DNA from: an uncultured virus (IMG/VR IMGVR_UViG_3300031951_000030)
Taxonomy: Duplodnaviria > Heunggongvirae > Uroviricota > Caudoviricetes
Strand: one strand, 5' to 3'
DNA: 64,000 bases
IMG/VR virus record: IMGVR_UViG_3300031951_000030
A program made the position numbers and the translations under genes. Below are positions 38,112-47,817 of this stretch, piece after piece. The notes under the pieces were generated by a model. That model was given only the letters and a program-made list of their open reading frames with translations, was not told the DNA's origin and searched no databases. Position 1 is the first letter of the stretch; the number at the start of each line of letters is the position of its first letter.

Positions 38112-39430
38112 AGCAATTTATTTATATTATTCATTATATTACAATAATGTGTTATTAATTTTTGTTTGTTTTCTCGTAATATTACTGTATTTTTTATAAA
38201 AACATTTTTAATGTTATCTACATTTTTATCTTTTAAAAAATTCACTATCATATCGATTTGTTCTAATTCATTTTTATTTTCAATTCCATTTAATCCAAAA
38301 TCTTCTAAAAATAAATTTATACCTATTCTATTATATTCTTCATATACTTTATTTGAACCAAATATTAATGCAAACTTTTCAGATAATACTGGTTTTATTG
38401 ATTTTTCTGTAAAGAATCCATATTTTAAATTAAAAATACAATGAGTTTCTCCAACCACTTCAAAATATGATAAATCGTATTCTTTTTCTCTAAAATAATA
38501 AAGTAAATGGTCAAATTCAAATGGAGCATTTAATGGTGTAACATTTATTTCATTTCGTAAAGATTTGAGTTTATCAAAATTTTTAGTTGTAAAGTATTTT
38601 ATATGATTATCGGTATGTGTTTTAGTATGGTCTGTGTATATATGCCCTTCACTAACCATTTGTGAGTATTCTAATAAAAATTTTTCATTTATACAATTCA
38701 AACCTGTTTTTAATATATCAAATTCTTTTGCTTTTAACAAAAATTGAACTCTGTGAAATCTCGGTTTCAATGCCTGACTAGAATATACATATGGTTTTTC
38801 AGCATTATGTGTTATATTGAGATTTTTAAACACATCAGAAAAATTGTTATTATACGGTAATTTACCATTAGTATGATGTGGAAATAAAAAATGTGTAAAT
38901 TGTCCCTCCGCCATTAAATGAAACATACAATAGAATGAATCATAGTGAAAGTTTTTACCTTCATTAAATAATTCATAGTCTGTTATTTTAATATAATTAA
39001 ATTTAAAATCATATCTAAAATATTTTTCATCTATTTCATATTCGTTTGCTTCTAAAAATGCAAAATTGAATAAAACTTTTGTGTTTCTTTCAACATATAA
39101 TTTTTCCAATTTATCAAATTCAATTGGATTTTTTTTCATCAATGGTAAATAGAATTCACTCCATATTTTTCTATCAACCACAATTATTAAATTATCAATT
39201 GGGTTTGAATACAATAAATCAAAAGTAGTTATACCATCAAATGATTTTAAATGATTTAATATATTATATGGGTTTTGTATATAATGATGTATTTCAATTT
39301 CTTCACCACCATTATTTATAACAATTTTATGATGCTTTTCTATTTCTATTACATTTACAGAAATTAAATTTGCTTCTGGAAACAAATTTTGTAACTCATT
39401 ATATGTTGCTAATATATTTAGTGACCTCAT
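38108..39430 (-). CDS. putative glycosyltransferase, GT10-like C-terminal motif (paralog 3)
   Basis: PRFHR, YFEVVGET and FFTEKSIKPV. Confidence 0.5.
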   Translation of the reverse strand: MRSLNILATYNELQNLFPEANLISVNVIEIEKHHKIVINNGGEEIEIHHYIQNPYNILNHLKSFDGITTFDLLYSNPIDNLIIVVDRKIWSEFYLPLMKKNPIEFDKLEKLYVERNTKVLFNFAFLEANEYEIDEKYFRYDFKFNYIKITDYELFNEGKNFHYDSFYCMFHLMAEGQFTHFLFPHHTNGKLPYNNNFSDVFKNLNITHNAEKPYVYSSQALKPRFHRVQFLLKAKEFDILKTGLNCINEKFLLEYSQMVSEGHIYTDHTKTHTDNHIKYFTTKNFDKLKSLRNEINVTPLNAPFEFDHLLYYFREKEYDLSYFEVVGETHCIFNLKYGFFTEKSIKPVLSEKFALIFGSNKVYEEYNRIGINLFLEDFGLNGIENKNELEQIDMIVNFLKDKNVDNIKNVFIKNTVILRENKQKLITHYCNIMNNINKLL

Positions 39431-40382
39431 TTATCCAATTTTGTTTGTTTGTATAAAAATATAATCTTGTTGATAGTTTATGAAATTCAGAACTAACTAT
39501 ATCCATATCATCTTCTAAAATTTGTAAATACATTTGATGAAATTCTCCTTTACTATTTGCCCTATATTTGTAATCGATGTGTGGCATCCAATCGGTATGT
39601 ATAATTGGAATTTTACCATTATCAACTGCGTCAAAAATTGCATATCCAAATGGTTCTTTTGTATAACATCCGTGAAATATTTGAAAATTACTTTCAAAAA
39701 ACTTTTGATGGAATCGATAATCGAATTCTATAAACCTATGGTAATCTGAATTGATTTTAGAACCTTCTAACATTCGTTTGTAATCATATTTGTTTGAAAA
39801 TATAATTGATGGAATGTAATCTAAATAATGTGCGTTTTTTCTGGTTTCACATCTAGCAGCATATCCAATTTTGTTAGATATAACGCCTGTAAATGGTTTT
39901 TTATTTTTCCATTCGTAATAATTTGTGATTGTAATGGTATTTGGATACATTTTATGCATAGTATCGTTTTCATATCCAATCCAAACTATATTATCGGAAT
40001 TATCTAGTATTTCTTTTTGCCATTTCCAATCCACTTTAGTCATTAGATTTTCATACTCATCGTTCAATCCTAACATATCAGGAATAAAAGCATGCACAAA
40101 AGTAGTATGAATTTTGTGTAAATAATCTTTCAGTAAATCGTATGGTTTGTAGGGGTGATGTAAGATTACAATTTTATCACATTGTTGAAAAATTTTACGA
40201 ACTTCATTATCGTTTTCGTAAGTATAAACCGCACCTTCTTCTCTAATCAAAGGTCTGCCAACTACAACTATTTTGTAATCTTCTTTTACTAATGGCAATA
40301 TATTTTCTACAAAGTTATTGCACCAAATATCTGAACCACCAATAATGTTTTTACCATAACCTGTTGTGATAAATACTATCAT
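39399..40382 (-). CDS. GT-B fold glycosyltransferase (GT4-like)
   Basis: N-terminal GG(SD), GYAARCETRKN and EPFGYAIFDAVDNGKIPI. Confidence 0.75.
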   Translation of the reverse strand: MIVFITTGYGKNIIGGSDIWCNNFVENILPLVKEDYKIVVVGRPLIREEGAVYTYENDNEVRKIFQQCDKIVILHHPYKPYDLLKDYLHKIHTTFVHAFIPDMLGLNDEYENLMTKVDWKWQKEILDNSDNIVWIGYENDTMHKMYPNTITITNYYEWKNKKPFTGVISNKIGYAARCETRKNAHYLDYIPSIIFSNKYDYKRMLEGSKINSDYHRFIEFDYRFHQKFFESNFQIFHGCYTKEPFGYAIFDAVDNGKIPIIHTDWMPHIDYKYRANSKGEFHQMYLQILEDDMDIVSSEFHKLSTRLYFYTNKQNWINEVTKYISNI

Positions 40383-40417
40383 ATATAACCACTAATCAAT
40401 AACTTTTTAATTTCAGA

Positions 40418-40594
40418 TTATTCTGCAGATTCTACGGGAATTAAAATGTATTTGTGAGTATCACCACATTCGTTTGGTTCATCAAAAATTTCTTGATGTT
40501 CGGCAATCCATTCCATTGCTTGCTCATTAGTTAATGATTCACAACCTTCAATGGGTGTATCTGTTCCTGATAATACTATTTTCCAAAGTTCCAT
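40418..40594 (-). CDS. 58-aa acidic small protein (MELWKIVLSGTDTPIEGCES...LIPVESAE)
   Basis: Manual translation (ATG 40594, TAA 40420-40418), preceded by the ATATTTATA motif at 40614-40622. Not in the ORF track. Confidence 0.7.
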   Translation of the reverse strand: MELWKIVLSGTDTPIEGCESLTNEQAMEWIAEHQEIFDEPNECGDTHKYILIPVESAE

Positions 40595-40613
40595 AATTGT
40601 TAGTTTTATTTAG

Positions 40614-40622
40614 TATAAATAT
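40614..40622 (-). promoter_or_regulatory. ATATTTATA upstream motif
   Basis: Exact intergenic copy 19 nt upstream of the ATG at 40594. Confidence 0.6.
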
Positions 40623-40646
40623 AATATTTTTTTGATAAAAGTGATA

Positions 40647-41747
40647 TTAGTTCAACAGTTTCTTAAAAGTGGTTTCCATTTCCGAATAATCATTTAGGTA
40701 TTCTATCAACTTATATCTATTTTCTATAGATTTTTCTAAAGAATGATTATATCTTTCTTCTATTTCATCATCTGATGTATTATATAACCATTCTGAAAAC
40801 AGATTTATACTTCTTTCCACATCTTGGGCATTTGTTATATTTTGTACAAAATCAAAATTTAATAAATAAAATCCCATATTTTTAAGTTCATTTAATGTTT
40901 CACTACATGCTACTAAAATTATCGGTTTTCCAAAAAATAAACCCTTATATATTTTTTCTGTAATAAATCTTTCTGGATTATTTCTATAATCCAATGTCTC
41001 AAATATTAAATTATAATTACAATATACATAATCATTTATTGCTTCGAAATGTTTGTACTTTGGATATAACAAATCATACGCATCGTTTGCAGAATCTTTT
41101 GGATTTAACATTTTTTCAATTAAAGGATTATTATTAAGAATATCCATTCTCCAGCTACCAGTACGATGTGCTCTTATATATGAAAATAACTTTGATTTAG
41201 ATTTATCATATTTAGGTAATGATATATTATTTACCAATTCTTCTAAATAATAATATCCAATATAGTATCTGAAATATCTAAATGGAAATAACAAATCAAA
41301 ATAAAAATTAGATTCCGTTTCCAGTATTGGTCTTTTTGACCCCGAAAGGATTAAATCATAATTAATTTCCTGTACTCTTTTTACAAATGCAATATCAAAT
41401 ACTTCACCATAATGCCATATAAATACTTTTTTTATGTTTATATGATTGGTGTTTAACTCAAATAGTTTATCCTCTAATAATTTATTTTCTAATTCTCCTG
41501 CAAATACTATACATCTATTAAATTTTTTAAAAAATTCAATTGGTTCTTTTATAAAATTACTTAAATTGTTGTAAAAATATATTTTACTGTTTAGTTCTTT
41601 ATGATAGTATATTTGCTTTTCAGAATTATCAAATTTTGTTGCATCAAATTCAGATAAATAATCTACATTTTCTTTACCGAACATACCAAGCATTATTGGT
41701 AATTGGTTTGAATAAGTTATAAAAACCATTAGATTTTCCTCTATCAT
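40647..41747 (-). CDS. putative glycosyltransferase, GT10-like C-terminal motif (paralog 4)
   Basis: YNLIFETL...FITEKIYKGLFFGKPIIL...LKNMGF. Confidence 0.55.
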   Translation of the reverse strand: MIEENLMVFITYSNQLPIMLGMFGKENVDYLSEFDATKFDNSEKQIYYHKELNSKIYFYNNLSNFIKEPIEFFKKFNRCIVFAGELENKLLEDKLFELNTNHINIKKVFIWHYGEVFDIAFVKRVQEINYDLILSGSKRPILETESNFYFDLLFPFRYFRYYIGYYYLEELVNNISLPKYDKSKSKLFSYIRAHRTGSWRMDILNNNPLIEKMLNPKDSANDAYDLLYPKYKHFEAINDYVYCNYNLIFETLDYRNNPERFITEKIYKGLFFGKPIILVACSETLNELKNMGFYLLNFDFVQNITNAQDVERSINLFSEWLYNTSDDEIEERYNHSLEKSIENRYKLIEYLNDYSEMETTFKKLLN

Positions 41748-42472
41748 ATTCCTCCTCCTCCTGAATCTGCTTCAATAAAATGGACAAATATTGCTTGTAC
41801 ATTATTAATATCGTTCCAAGGTATAGTTATTGTCAAATCGGAAACAGTTCCACCATCAGAAAAATAAGTATTAAAACTATTAACTGGAGTCCCATCTGGT
41901 CCGTTTCCATTGATACTACAATTTTCTATTGTTGGAGATACACCACATTGGTCGGATATTCCTCTATATCTTCCACTCGATTTACTATTAACTACAATTT
42001 CAAAACCACTTGAATAATTATTTGAGTAATCCCAATAGATATCAAATCTACCACACCCACCCAAGCTATTATCATTACCAAGAACTCCTGCCAACGAACG
42101 AGGATTAAATGAACCACAATTGGAAACATAAATTGATGTGTAATTGTTATGAATTTTACTTCTTGGGATTTTTATTTCACCATAAGTATAGGCAAGACTA
42201 TCTACCATAAAAGCTTGAATTCCACCTGCTAATCCAATGTTGGTTTCAAAATCAAAAAATAAAGAATTACCAAATCCACTTACATCTTGTGTTTGGTCAT
42301 TAGCAGAAAATTGTGTCAAATCAGGAATATATTGATTTTCTGCTATATTAGGCCAACGAATTTCAATTGGAAAAAATGCGTACGGAGTTGATGAGGTAGG
42401 TAAAACAGCACCTTGTCCTGATAAGTGATGTTTTAATTGTATTCTCGATGTTGGTATTGTTATAGCTGACAT
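41744..42472 (-). CDS. hypothetical protein downstream of the tail fibre (possible fibre-associated or receptor-binding protein)
   Basis: Starts 1 nt after the tail fibre stop; Gly/Ser/Asn- and beta-rich, with 4 Cys. Confidence 0.6.
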   Translation of the reverse strand: MSAITIPTSRIQLKHHLSGQGAVLPTSSTPYAFFPIEIRWPNIAENQYIPDLTQFSANDQTQDVSGFGNSLFFDFETNIGLAGGIQAFMVDSLAYTYGEIKIPRSKIHNNYTSIYVSNCGSFNPRSLAGVLGNDNSLGGCGRFDIYWDYSNNYSSGFEIVVNSKSSGRYRGISDQCGVSPTIENCSINGNGPDGTPVNSFNTYFSDGGTVSDLTITIPWNDINNVQAIFVHFIEADSGGGGI

Positions 42473-42473
42473 A

Positions 42474-45400
42474 TTACCTATTTAATAACTTTTTAATTGA
42501 TATTATTTCATTTTTTAATTCAACAATTTCACTATTTTGTTCTTTTATTCCCTCAATCAATAAAGCAATTATCTTTTCATAATCAACTCCTAAATACCCA
42601 TCTCCTTTTTCTCTTACAACTTCTGGTAAAACTTCTTGAATTTCTTGTGCTAAAACCCCAACCTCTTGAATATTTTTTGGTTTGTTAGAAATACCGTTCC
42701 AATTAAAAGTATATCCTCCAATTTTTTTAATCTTATCCATTGGGTTTGAAATGGGAATAATATTTTCTTTTAATCTTTTATCAGAACTAGATAGTGCGTA
42801 CATATCACCAGTTGCTCTAATATCACCATTAATAGTTAATACCCCACTTGATATTGAGATTTCACCAACTGATAAATTTGTTATTGCACCATTTGTTGCA
42901 CTTAATGTTGAGAATGTACTCAAACCTGTAAAGTTTGATGACCCTTTTACTGTCAGAAAATTGGTAGAAGATAAACTGGTATCAACTTTGAATTGGTTTG
43001 ACCCATACAAAGATTGTAAACCTGCTTGGCAAATTTCAACACTTCTTGGAGCACTACCTACCACTGCGTTAACACCACTAAAGTTTGGTGTTTTTAATGT
43101 TATACTTTCACCACTAACTAAATAATTTACACCAATTTGATGTTTTATTCTAACATCATATGTTCCGCCTGAAGGGATTATTATGGATGCTCCACCAGTA
43201 GAAGTTATACTTCTTTCATAATTTGGATTATTATAAAAAACATATCCAGATGCAATTAACGCTTCCCCTACACCTACAACTTCCAAACTTATCCAATGAT
43301 AGGTCTGAACGTAAGTAGCAGTAGATATTTGCATTAAGTACGAAGTACCAAGAGAGTTTGAAATCATTGCCGATATTTCCGCATCTGTCATAGAAACCTC
43401 TGTTCCAGCTGCAACAACACCCGTTGATACGGTATTTGAATTAAAAGTAGTACTCGCTTCAGCTTGTAAGTTTTGTCCAAATACAGGACCGTTTCTTGTT
43501 GTTGAACTTGTGCCACTAAAATCGGATAAAGCGGATGTAGAACTTGCTATTCTAAATGAAGTATCATCCGTCATAATTACTGCGTTTCTAGACCCATCTT
43601 TTATGAAGAATCCTAAATCGGATGAATTTATTTCAATTGTACCAGTACTAGTTTTACTTATCTTATCATTAGAAATTGACCAACCTCCAATTGTAGCACC
43701 TAATGCGGATAATTCACTTACTGTTATTTTATTAGCGGTTACCGCGCCAGCTGCTATTGTGGTTGCGGTTACTGCGTCAGCTGCAATTTTACCTGCAATA
43801 ATTGCACCAGCTGCTATTGTGGTTGCAGTTACTGCGTCAGCTGCAATTTTACCTGCAACTATTGCATTTGCAACTATTTTACCAGAAGTAACTGCATCTG
43901 CTGCTATTTTACCTTCCGTTACTGCATTAGCCGCTAATTCTGCATTTGTTACGGTACTTAAAGTTGCCAATCCACCTAATCCAGTAACTTGTCCAGTTGA
44001 TACGGTGTTTTGAGTTGCTAATGTTCCAAGACCAGTAACTTGACCAGTTGTAACACTATTTGCAGTTGCTAATGTTCCCAATCCAGTTACTACAGTATTT
44101 GGAACTGTACTACCAACACTTAAATTACCAACTATGTTTAGATTTGTTCCATCCCAAGTTAAAGAATTTGTTGCAGATTTTAAAGAAAGTTTGGAAACTC
44201 CACTATCTTGACCTAAAAATATACCAGTATTATTAAACCCTTGAGAGGATTGTCCAATCGAAATATAAGGATTTGTAGAACCACCCGCTATAGTTATATT
44301 TGCCGAACTTAATGTGGTTGAAGTCGTACCAATGTTTATTGTATTTTGAACAAATGAATCTTCAAATATACCTATTTTAGCTGCAACAAAGAAATCTTGT
44401 GCACCCAATGATATCCAACCCGTTTGTGATGATTGATGTGGTGCACCATCCGCGACGTTTCCTGTAGCTGAAAGATGTTGTCTAGTGGTTGCGTAGTAAG
44501 TATTATACGGTGGTGAGCCAGTTGAACTCCATAGAACAGTATCTCTTCTACCTGTCCCAGTTGTTAACCCATCTGAAAATTGGTATGTTCTACCACTTGT
44601 CCAAACTCCAGTATGAACTACACCAGGTCCAGTTTGGCCATTGGCACCATTTGCACCATTTGCTCCCGTTGCTCCCGTTGCTCCCGTTGCTCCGGTATTA
44701 CCGATTCCACTTACTCCAACTTCAAAATCAATAGTTCTGCCAGTAAATGCAGTACCTTCAGAGTTTCTGTAAGAAATAGTTATTACACCACTTGTACCAC
44801 TAATACTAGTTGGAGTGTTTGGGGTGATTGTACCATTGCCATTATTTGTAGCGTTTGTGACACCAGTTATATTAAAAGTATTTGCTCCACTTGTATTGTA
44901 TGTATAATTTGACCCACCTTCGTTTACTACAACGGTTACATTACTAGGTGTCCCTATACCAACTAACGAACCACTAACTACGGTTTGTGATTGTGGATTT
45001 GCAGAAATGTTTACAACGGGTGCAGAACTTCTTACTCTAGAAATCGTAGCAGTTACATTCTTTGTACCTGAAACACCTTCACTATCGGTGAAATTGACAG
45101 GAATTGTTACTGTTCCACTATCGGATGTCATCGAAGATGCATTACTTGAAAACACTATTGTATTAGAAGAAACACTACCCGCTAATCCATTTGTATAAGT
45201 AGGTGTTCCTAATGATGTAAATCTACTTATACCACCTTCTAATGCAGTTACAGTTAGGGTTTGTGGTGTAGCTGAACCACTACCACGAGAATTTGATTGG
45301 ATTGATTGTGCAGTTGGTGAAACTGAAACTTCCACATTTGGTACTCCTCTCTTACTTTTTGAATAGGTTACCACCTTTGTTACATCAGTTGTATCTCCTG

Positions 45401-47714
45401 CTCCATCTTTATATCTTACTAATAACGTTAAAGAACCACTATCGGCAGTTAAAGTAGTAATACCATAAGTTGCATCATCAGGTGTTGAATCGTTTGCAAT
45501 ACAATTCACAGCAGTTGCAGAAATTACATCAAATCTATTATTTGTTGATAATCCTTCCTCTCTTGTAATATCTTCTCCACCAACTTTAACACTTACCGAA
45601 CCACTTGTTGCTGCAAATGAAGCACTTGCTACAAATCCAGTTGATAATGCTGGTAATGTTGCGTTCTCATTTGTAAGATTTACCGATAATCCATCTAATA
45701 TTTTTACAGGAGTTACTTTTATAGCATCTGAAAATTGATTACCAAATTGGTCTGAACCCGAAATGAAGTATGTAGTTTCGCCTGTTAAAAATGGATAAGA
45801 TGCACCCGATAATGTGTAGGTATCTACTCCGTTTGTCGCATTTGTATCTACAAATGTTAACGGTGGTTTACCACTACCCGAATTTACGGTCAATGGAGTT
45901 GTTGCCGATGCTAAATTCTTACGTTTAGCTTCGATTGTTATTATTTGACCTACTGGGTTTAAAGATAAATCAGTTGCTTTATAAATGAATTGGTTTGTAT
46001 TAGATGTTACAAATAATCCAGGTGCATTTTCACCATCTTCAAATCTGTATACAGTTTCAAATTGTTCCAATCCCTCACAAGATGCAGTATATACAATTGA
46101 ACCAACTAATACTGATGATATACTACCACTAAAATTTGCAATAGTTAGTGTTGCACCCGCATCACTTACATTTGTTAATGTTCCAGGATAAGTTCCTCCG
46201 TATGATGATGGGTCTATGTAATTTCCTAAAGTGTCAAACGCAGACCTACCGTATGTAACAGAACCTGTTAAATTTGATTTTGAAACCTTAAATCCCAATT
46301 GTTGAAAAGCAGGATTACCAAATGAACCACTAGAAAATCTAAATGCAGTTCTATCCGAATCAAATGTTAATAATTTAGTGGTTATTCCTGCAGTTCCACC
46401 TGTAAAATTTGCACTTTGTGTTACCGATACTGGAACAAAATTATTGTTCACATCGTAAAATTCAAATTTAAAATTATATGTTTCATTACCAATAACTGTA
46501 GGCATTGTTGTAATAAACGAAATCTCATCTGGTGAAAATGCGGTATCTTCGGAAAGTCTTAAACTTATATTTCCAACATGCCATTCTCCTTGTGATTGAG
46601 AAAAATATAAAGAACCACTTTCAAAATCAGAATCTACTTTAAAAGGAACTACTGTATCTAATAAATTTTTTGTAGGAGTTATTCCATTTAATGTAGTAAT
46701 TAAAACATCACCCCCATCGGACCCACTTATGTATATTCCTAAATTACTTGCAGTAGATGATGAATAGAACGCATCCAAATTTAACTCGTAAGTATTTGAT
46801 GCTTTTATATTCAATGATTGTGAATAAGTTAATAATCCACTTCCATTCAATTTCAATCCACCCTCAACTCTACTAGATGTTAATTCAGTGGTTAATGAAC
46901 CAGTGTTCCAAAATAAAGGCAATACTTCGGATGTAAATGTACCAGTGTTACCTATAACACTTCCACTTAATTGTGTAGTTGTTAATAATTCTTTTGATTC
47001 TACTAATATATCTTGTATTAAATTAAAATCAGAAATATCTCCTTCAGAAGTTCTAAATACTTTTACTCTTTTTACATCACCCGCGAATGTTTCTAAATTT
47101 GAAAGTTTTATATCAGCAAATGATTGATTTACTCCAGAATCAACTTTTGAACCACTTTCTATTCTGTATATTGGGGATAGTATTTCGTTAATAGTGGCAG
47201 TTGGTCTTTTATAAAAACGAATTTTGGTAGTATTTGCTAATGTAGGATTAACATTAACAGTTCTTTGCCACTTTACATTGTAAGTACCCTGCCAATCAAT
47301 TGGTATAGGTGTTAATAACCCGTTGCCATCATAGTATGAACTTAATTCACCTAGTATTGTAATTGTACATGGACCATACGCGGTTGTATCTGGATAAACA
47401 TATACTGCTACAACTTTTGATACTCCTTCGTAGTATTCTGTAACAAATGTTTCACCATCTATGGAAGAGGATACTATACCTTCTCCAGGTTCGTGATATA
47501 TAGTATTTCCCGCAGCATCTTTAATTTCAATTTTAACTAAAGTATCGGCTACCAATTCTTTTGAACCTGCTATTAAAAATGCGTTTTTACCACCAGTAAA
47601 TGCATCAGGTATTTCTGTTACATTGAAGTAAGTACTGTTTGGAGCACTATCTACTACGAATGTATTATACTTGTCTAAATTTTCAGCAAAAAGCGTTTTC
47701 TTTATTACGGCCAT
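42474..47714 (-). CDS. long tail fibre protein with collagen-like and pentapeptide-like repeats and a C-terminal peptidase S74 intramolecular chaperone
   Basis: SSDKRLKENI...GVLAQEIQEVLPEVV...VDYEKIIALLIEGIKE; (GxT/GAN)n; AVT..KIAA repeats; S/T/G-rich beta domains. Confidence 0.88.
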   Translation of the reverse strand: MAVIKKTLFAENLDKYNTFVVDSAPNSTYFNVTEIPDAFTGGKNAFLIAGSKELVADTLVKIEIKDAAGNTIYHEPGEGIVSSSIDGETFVTEYYEGVSKVVAVYVYPDTTAYGPCTITILGELSSYYDGNGLLTPIPIDWQGTYNVKWQRTVNVNPTLANTTKIRFYKRPTATINEILSPIYRIESGSKVDSGVNQSFADIKLSNLETFAGDVKRVKVFRTSEGDISDFNLIQDILVESKELLTTTQLSGSVIGNTGTFTSEVLPLFWNTGSLTTELTSSRVEGGLKLNGSGLLTYSQSLNIKASNTYELNLDAFYSSSTASNLGIYISGSDGGDVLITTLNGITPTKNLLDTVVPFKVDSDFESGSLYFSQSQGEWHVGNISLRLSEDTAFSPDEISFITTMPTVIGNETYNFKFEFYDVNNNFVPVSVTQSANFTGGTAGITTKLLTFDSDRTAFRFSSGSFGNPAFQQLGFKVSKSNLTGSVTYGRSAFDTLGNYIDPSSYGGTYPGTLTNVSDAGATLTIANFSGSISSVLVGSIVYTASCEGLEQFETVYRFEDGENAPGLFVTSNTNQFIYKATDLSLNPVGQIITIEAKRKNLASATTPLTVNSGSGKPPLTFVDTNATNGVDTYTLSGASYPFLTGETTYFISGSDQFGNQFSDAIKVTPVKILDGLSVNLTNENATLPALSTGFVASASFAATSGSVSVKVGGEDITREEGLSTNNRFDVISATAVNCIANDSTPDDATYGITTLTADSGSLTLLVRYKDGAGDTTDVTKVVTYSKSKRGVPNVEVSVSPTAQSIQSNSRGSGSATPQTLTVTALEGGISRFTSLGTPTYTNGLAGSVSSNTIVFSSNASSMTSDSGTVTIPVNFTDSEGVSGTKNVTATISRVRSSAPVVNISANPQSQTVVSGSLVGIGTPSNVTVVVNEGGSNYTYNTSGANTFNITGVTNATNNGNGTITPNTPTSISGTSGVITISYRNSEGTAFTGRTIDFEVGVSGIGNTGATGATGATGANGANGANGQTGPGVVHTGVWTSGRTYQFSDGLTTGTGRRDTVLWSSTGSPPYNTYYATTRQHLSATGNVADGAPHQSSQTGWISLGAQDFFVAAKIGIFEDSFVQNTINIGTTSTTLSSANITIAGGSTNPYISIGQSSQGFNNTGIFLGQDSGVSKLSLKSATNSLTWDGTNLNIVGNLSVGSTVPNTVVTGLGTLATANSVTTGQVTGLGTLATQNTVSTGQVTGLGGLATLSTVTNAELAANAVTEGKIAADAVTSGKIVANAIVAGKIAADAVTATTIAAGAIIAGKIAADAVTATTIAAGAVTANKITVSELSALGATIGGWSISNDKISKTSTGTIEINSSDLGFFIKDGSRNAVIMTDDTSFRIASSTSALSDFSGTSSTTRNGPVFGQNLQAEASTTFNSNTVSTGVVAAGTEVSMTDAEISAMISNSLGTSYLMQISTATYVQTYHWISLEVVGVGEALIASGYVFYNNPNYERSITSTGGASIIIPSGGTYDVRIKHQIGVNYLVSGESITLKTPNFSGVNAVVGSAPRSVEICQAGLQSLYGSNQFKVDTSLSSTNFLTVKGSSNFTGLSTFSTLSATNGAITNLSVGEISISSGVLTINGDIRATGDMYALSSSDKRLKENIIPISNPMDKIKKIGGYTFNWNGISNKPKNIQEVGVLAQEIQEVLPEVVREKGDGYLGVDYEKIIALLIEGIKEQNSEIVELKNEIISIKKLLNR
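43741..43860. repeat. near-identical 60-bp tandem duplication inside the tail fibre
   Basis: 43741-43800 and 43801-43860 share ccagctgctattgtggttgc(g/a)gttactgcgtcagctgcaattttacctgcaa. Confidence 0.9.
44640..44700. repeat. 9-bp tandem repeats encoding a collagen-like Gly-X-Y run
   Basis: (gctcccgtt)x3 plus gcaccattt-type units, encoding GNTGATGATGATGANGANGANG. Confidence 0.85.
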
Positions 47715-47730
47715 TATATAATATCTTTAC

Positions 47731-47768
47731 TATAAATATCCTTAAAAAATAAATCTAACATATTTATA
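47731..47768. promoter_or_regulatory. divergent pair of ATATTTATA motifs (minus 47731-47739 for the tail fibre; plus 47760-47768 for the RHH gene)
   Basis: Both exact copies lie in the only divergent intergenic region, each on the coding strand of the gene it precedes. Confidence 0.6.
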
Positions 47769-47770
47769 TA

Positions 47771-47815
47771 AAGAAAACTAATAAATACTTTAATAAACTA
47801 AAGATAACTAAAGAG
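47771..47815 (+). repeat. 10-bp-periodic imperfect direct repeats (putative RHH operator)
   Basis: aagaaaacta / ataaatactt / taataaacta / aagataacta / aagag, between the promoter motif and the ATG at 47818. Confidence 0.45.
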
Positions 47816-47817
47816 TT

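Noticed and set aside
30544..39697. Nested minus-strand ORFs 30544..30768, 33749..33964 and 39515..39697
   Set aside because: Out-of-frame ORFs wholly inside better-supported genes, with no recognisable features.
15443..41747. Island as a host LPS/capsule locus (prophage flank or chimeric assembly)
   Set aside because: It has the same strand, AT-richness, gene packing and ATATTTATA motif as the flanking phage genes. It overlaps a tail-region gene at 41744-41747, and I saw no wzx/wzy/ABC export genes.
41748..41765. Strong SD-like GGAGGAGGAGGA upstream of the ATG at 41747
   Set aside because: Explained by four GGA glycine codons ending the upstream gene. It is an isolated case in a region otherwise poor in SD sequences.
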